DNA from: an uncultured Gemmatimonadaceae bacterium
GTDB taxonomy: Bacteria > Gemmatimonadota > Gemmatimonadetes > Gemmatimonadales > GWC2-71-9
NCBI GenBank assembly: GCA_964647615.1
Contig: CAZYIV010000007.1
Span: forward strand, 1,950 to 65,949
DNA length: 64,000 bases
Reading direction: 5' to 3'
The translations under genes were made by a program, and so were the position numbers. This document shows, in pieces, positions 61,787 to 64,000 of the stretch (the first letter of the stretch is position 1; each line of letters starts with the position of its first letter). Below the pieces are notes generated by a model. The model was given only the letters and a program-made list of their open reading frames with translations, made no database searches and was not told the origin of the DNA.

Positions 61787-62616
61787 GCTGGTTCGCGATC
61801 GAAGTGACGGCGCCGAGTGCCGAGCGGGAACGCATCGCGGCATGGCTGGTGGAGCGGACGGGACAGGCGGTCGAGGAGCGGGCGGACGGGACGCTGGTCT
61901 CGTTCGCCCTCGATCTTCCGGGCGCGGTGGCGCTGGAGGAGGCGCTGAGCCGCACCATGGGCGAGACGGTGCAGGCCACCCACCAGGAGCTGGAGGAGGT
62001 CGACTGGACCACCGCCTGGCGGGCCGGCCTCGGGGCGCGGCGGGTGGGACGGTTCATCATCGTGCCCACCTGGATCGCCTACGAGCCCGCGCCGGGAGAG
62101 ATCCTGCTGCGGCTGGACCCGGAGATGGCCTTCGGCAGCGGCGAGCACGGCTCCACCCGGGCCGCGCTGGCCCTGCTCGAGCGTACGGTGCGCCCCGGCG
62201 ACCTGGTGCTCGACCTCGGCAGCGGCAGCGGGATCCTCTCCATCGCGGCGGTGCACCTCGGCGCCGTGCGCGCGGTGGGGATCGAGGTGGACGGCGACAC
62301 CCTCCCGATCGCCCAGGTCAACACCGAGCGGAACGGCGCCGCGGACCGGGTGACCTTCCTCGAAGGCGACGCGGCGCAGCTCGCGCCGCTGCTCCCCCGG
62401 GTGCAGGTGGTGGTCTCCAACATCCTGCGGCTGGTGAACGTGGCGGTCCTGCCCGAGGTACGGGACGCGCTGGTCCCCGGCGGCTCGGCGATCTTCTCCG
62501 GGATGGAGCTCAAGGAGGCGGACCTGTTCCGCCCGGCGCTCGACGAGCACGGGTTCGTGACAGTGGACGAGGTCGTGGACGACGGCTGGTGGGCGGTGCG
62601 GGCCACGCGGCCATGA
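61783..62616 (+). CDS. prmA: ribosomal protein L11 methyltransferase PrmA
   Basis: ATGA overlap with dnaJ. Motifs [14 protein letters not shown] and the SAM motif [15 protein letters not shown]. Confidence 0.9.
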   Translation: MSWFAIEVTAPSAERERIAAWLVERTGQAVEERADGTLVSFALDLPGAVALEEALSRTMGETVQATHQELEEVDWTTAWRAGLGARRVGRFIIVPTWIAYEPAPGEILLRLDPEMAFGSGEHGSTRAALALLERTVRPGDLVLDLGSGSGILSIAAVHLGAVRAVGIEVDGDTLPIAQVNTERNGAADRVTFLEGDAAQLAPLLPRVQVVVSNILRLVNVAVLPEVRDALVPGGSAIFSGMELKEADLFRPALDEHGFVTVDEVVDDGWWAVRATRP

Positions 62617-63329
62617 TCACCCTGGTGGTGGCACCGGGACACCTCGCCGCCGGCGTGGAGGTCCCGGTCCCCGCGGAGGAGACGCACCACCTGCGGGTCC
62701 GCCGCGGCGCCGACACCGAACCGATCCGGCTGGTGGATGGGCAGGGCACCGTGGCGGACGCCACGCTCGCCTGGCGCGGACGGGAGGCCGTCGCCCGGGT
62801 GGCGGCGGTGCACCAGGTGCCGGCGCCCACCGCGCTGGTGCTCGCCGCCGGGGCGGGGGACAAGGACCGCTTCCTCGGCCTCATCGAGAAAGCCACCGAG
62901 CTGGGCGCCACGCTGGTGGTGCCGCTCGCCACCGCCCGGGCGGCCAGTGTCGCCACCGCGGTCCGCGGCAGCCACCTCCCCCGGCTCCGGCGCCGGGCGC
63001 TGGAGGCGCTCAAGCAGTGCGGTGCCGCGTGGGCACCGGAGGTGGCGCCGCCCGAGGATCTGGCGCACCTTCTGGCGCGCCCCCTCCCCGCGACCCGCTG
63101 GCTGGCCGATGCGGCCGGTGGCGTGCCCGGCCCCGTCCCCGCCGCCGGCGGGCTGGCCGTGGCGATCGGGCCCGAGGGAGGCTTCACCGAGGACGAACGG
63201 GACCAGCTGCTCCGCGCCGGCTTCCGGCCGGTACGGCTCGGTCCCCATGTGCTGCGGTTCGAGACCGCGGCCACCGCGGCGCTCGCCGCCGCCTGGTTCA
63301 CCCAGGAGCGAGAGGTCCATGGCAGCTGA
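62613..63329 (+). CDS. rsmE: 16S rRNA (uracil1498-N3)-methyltransferase RsmE
   Basis: ATGA overlap with prmA. 238 aa with HHLRVRR near the N-terminus and IGPEGGFTEDE...RLGPHVLRFETA at the C-terminus. Confidence 0.85.
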   Translation: MITLVVAPGHLAAGVEVPVPAEETHHLRVRRGADTEPIRLVDGQGTVADATLAWRGREAVARVAAVHQVPAPTALVLAAGAGDKDRFLGLIEKATELGATLVVPLATARAASVATAVRGSHLPRLRRRALEALKQCGAAWAPEVAPPEDLAHLLARPLPATRWLADAAGGVPGPVPAAGGLAVAIGPEGGFTEDERDQLLRAGFRPVRLGPHVLRFETAATAALAAAWFTQEREVHGS

Positions 63330-63669
63330 CTGCATCTTCTGCAAGATCGCCTCGGGCGAGATCCCGGCGCGGGTGGTGCGGCGCTCGCCGGAGGCGGTCG
63401 CGTTCCACGACCTGACCCCCCAGGCGCCGGTGCACGTGCTGGTGATCCCCACCCGGCATTTCGGCGCGGTGCGCGATGCGCAGGGCGCCGAGGGCGAGGC
63501 GGTGCTCGGCCGGCTGCTGGCCTTCGCCGCCGAGGTGGCCGCGGAGCTGGGGCTCGACGCCGGCGGCTACCGGCTGGTGACCAACACCGGTCCCGACGGC
63601 GGCCAGTCCGTCTTCCACCTGCATCTCCATCTCCTCGGCGGCCGCCGGTTCGGCTGGCCCCCGGGCTAG
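63319..63669 (+). CDS. HIT-family (histidine triad) protein
   Basis: MAADCIFCKIASGEIPARVV... and the triad HLHLHLLGG. Overlaps rsmE by 11 nt. Confidence 0.9.
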   Translation: MAADCIFCKIASGEIPARVVRRSPEAVAFHDLTPQAPVHVLVIPTRHFGAVRDAQGAEGEAVLGRLLAFAAEVAAELGLDAGGYRLVTNTGPDGGQSVFHLHLHLLGGRRFGWPPG

Positions 63670-63685
63670 CCTCGCGCCCGGGCCG

Positions 63686-64000
63686 ATGCGCCGCTCCTTC
63701 TTCCGCTACGTCGCGGCCGCCTTCAATGCGCGGCCCTTCGGCATGTTCGTCGCGCCCAACTGGATCGGGCTCGCCGCCGTGGGCCTGCTCGGCCTGGCGG
63801 TGAATCCCGGCTTCTGGCTCATCGGCGGCGCCGCCGAGCTGGCCTACCTCCTTGGCCTGGCCAGCAACAGCCGGTTCCAGGCGGCGATCGACCGCCGCGC
63901 CACCGACGGCACGGAGGCGGACTGGAAGGGCCGGATGGAGCAGATGGTGCGCCGCCTGAGCGACACCGACCAGGCGCGCTACGTCGCCTTCGTGCAGCGC
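63686..64000 (+). CDS. membrane protein of unknown function (5' fragment, continues past the window)
   Basis: My own translation from ATG 63686 gives MRRSFFRYVAAAFNARPFGMFVAPNWIGLAAVGLLGLAVNPGFWLIGGAAELAYLLGLASNSRF... The frame is open to the window end, GC3-rich, with two hydrophobic helices. It is not in the ORF track because no stop is reached. Confidence 0.45.
   Translation, partial: MRRSFFRYVAAAFNARPFGMFVAPNWIGLAAVGLLGLAVNPGFWLIGGAAELAYLLGLASNSRFQAAIDRRATDGTEADWKGRMEQMVRRLSDTDQARYVAFVQR

Overview
Very GC-rich (about 70% by eye), densely coded 64-kb chromosomal window from a Gram-negative bacterium. The gene content hints at a Gemmatimonadota-like organism: many Big_2, HEAT, FG-GAP, DUF5916 and choice-of-anchor-B type proteins. 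That lineage call is inference only. I support about 49 protein genes and one tRNA-Val(CAC). I found no rRNA, CRISPR array, transposase or integrase. Many long ORFs in the track are antisense or out-of-frame shadows of real genes, as expected at this GC content. Contents in order: (1) the 5' part of a Thermus-like V/A-type ATPase operon, G-like/I/K/E/C, on the minus strand. (2) An FHA-TM-coiled-coil-SLT lytic transglycosylase. (3) A lipoprotein-like gene. (4) A MacA / MacB-type permease / TolC efflux set with no ATPase gene. (5) A translationally coupled operon of a membrane Ser/Thr kinase, a TLC/ATP:ADP-translocase-like transporter, an 841-aa exported barrel protein and a TLC-like/HEAT fusion. 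(6) Three coupled secreted beta-propeller genes. (7) blaI-blaR1, where the BlaR1 sensor domain is replaced by HEAT repeats, followed by a paralogous HEAT protein and a CBM9/DUF5916 protein. Both transcription units are preceded by the same TGCTGA-N4-TCAGCA palindrome. (8) kdpFABC-kdpDE. (9) An HhH-protein / erythromycin-esterase-like / PRTase / dienelactone-hydrolase cluster. (10) A lower-GC 2.4-kb segment with one orphan ORF, flanked by similar hairpin repeats, next to tRNA-Val. (11) A heptose kinase and a Wzi-like protein. (12) Asparaginase, a CMD-family protein, obg and dprA. (13) A 1643-aa Ser/Thr kinase with Ig-like repeats on both sides of its single TM helix plus an RCC1 propeller. (14) An OM barrel protein, hemW and a TonB-family protein. 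(15) A coupled hrcA-dnaJ-prmA-rsmE-HIT operon. The most promising candidates for undescribed biology are the kinase/TLC/barrel/TLC-HEAT operon (10.6-18.4 kb), the BlaI-controlled HEAT module (23.9-30.6 kb), the giant kinase (51.7-56.7 kb) and the tRNA-adjacent islet (42.6-45.2 kb). All functional calls come from motif and architecture recognition by eye; no database search was run.
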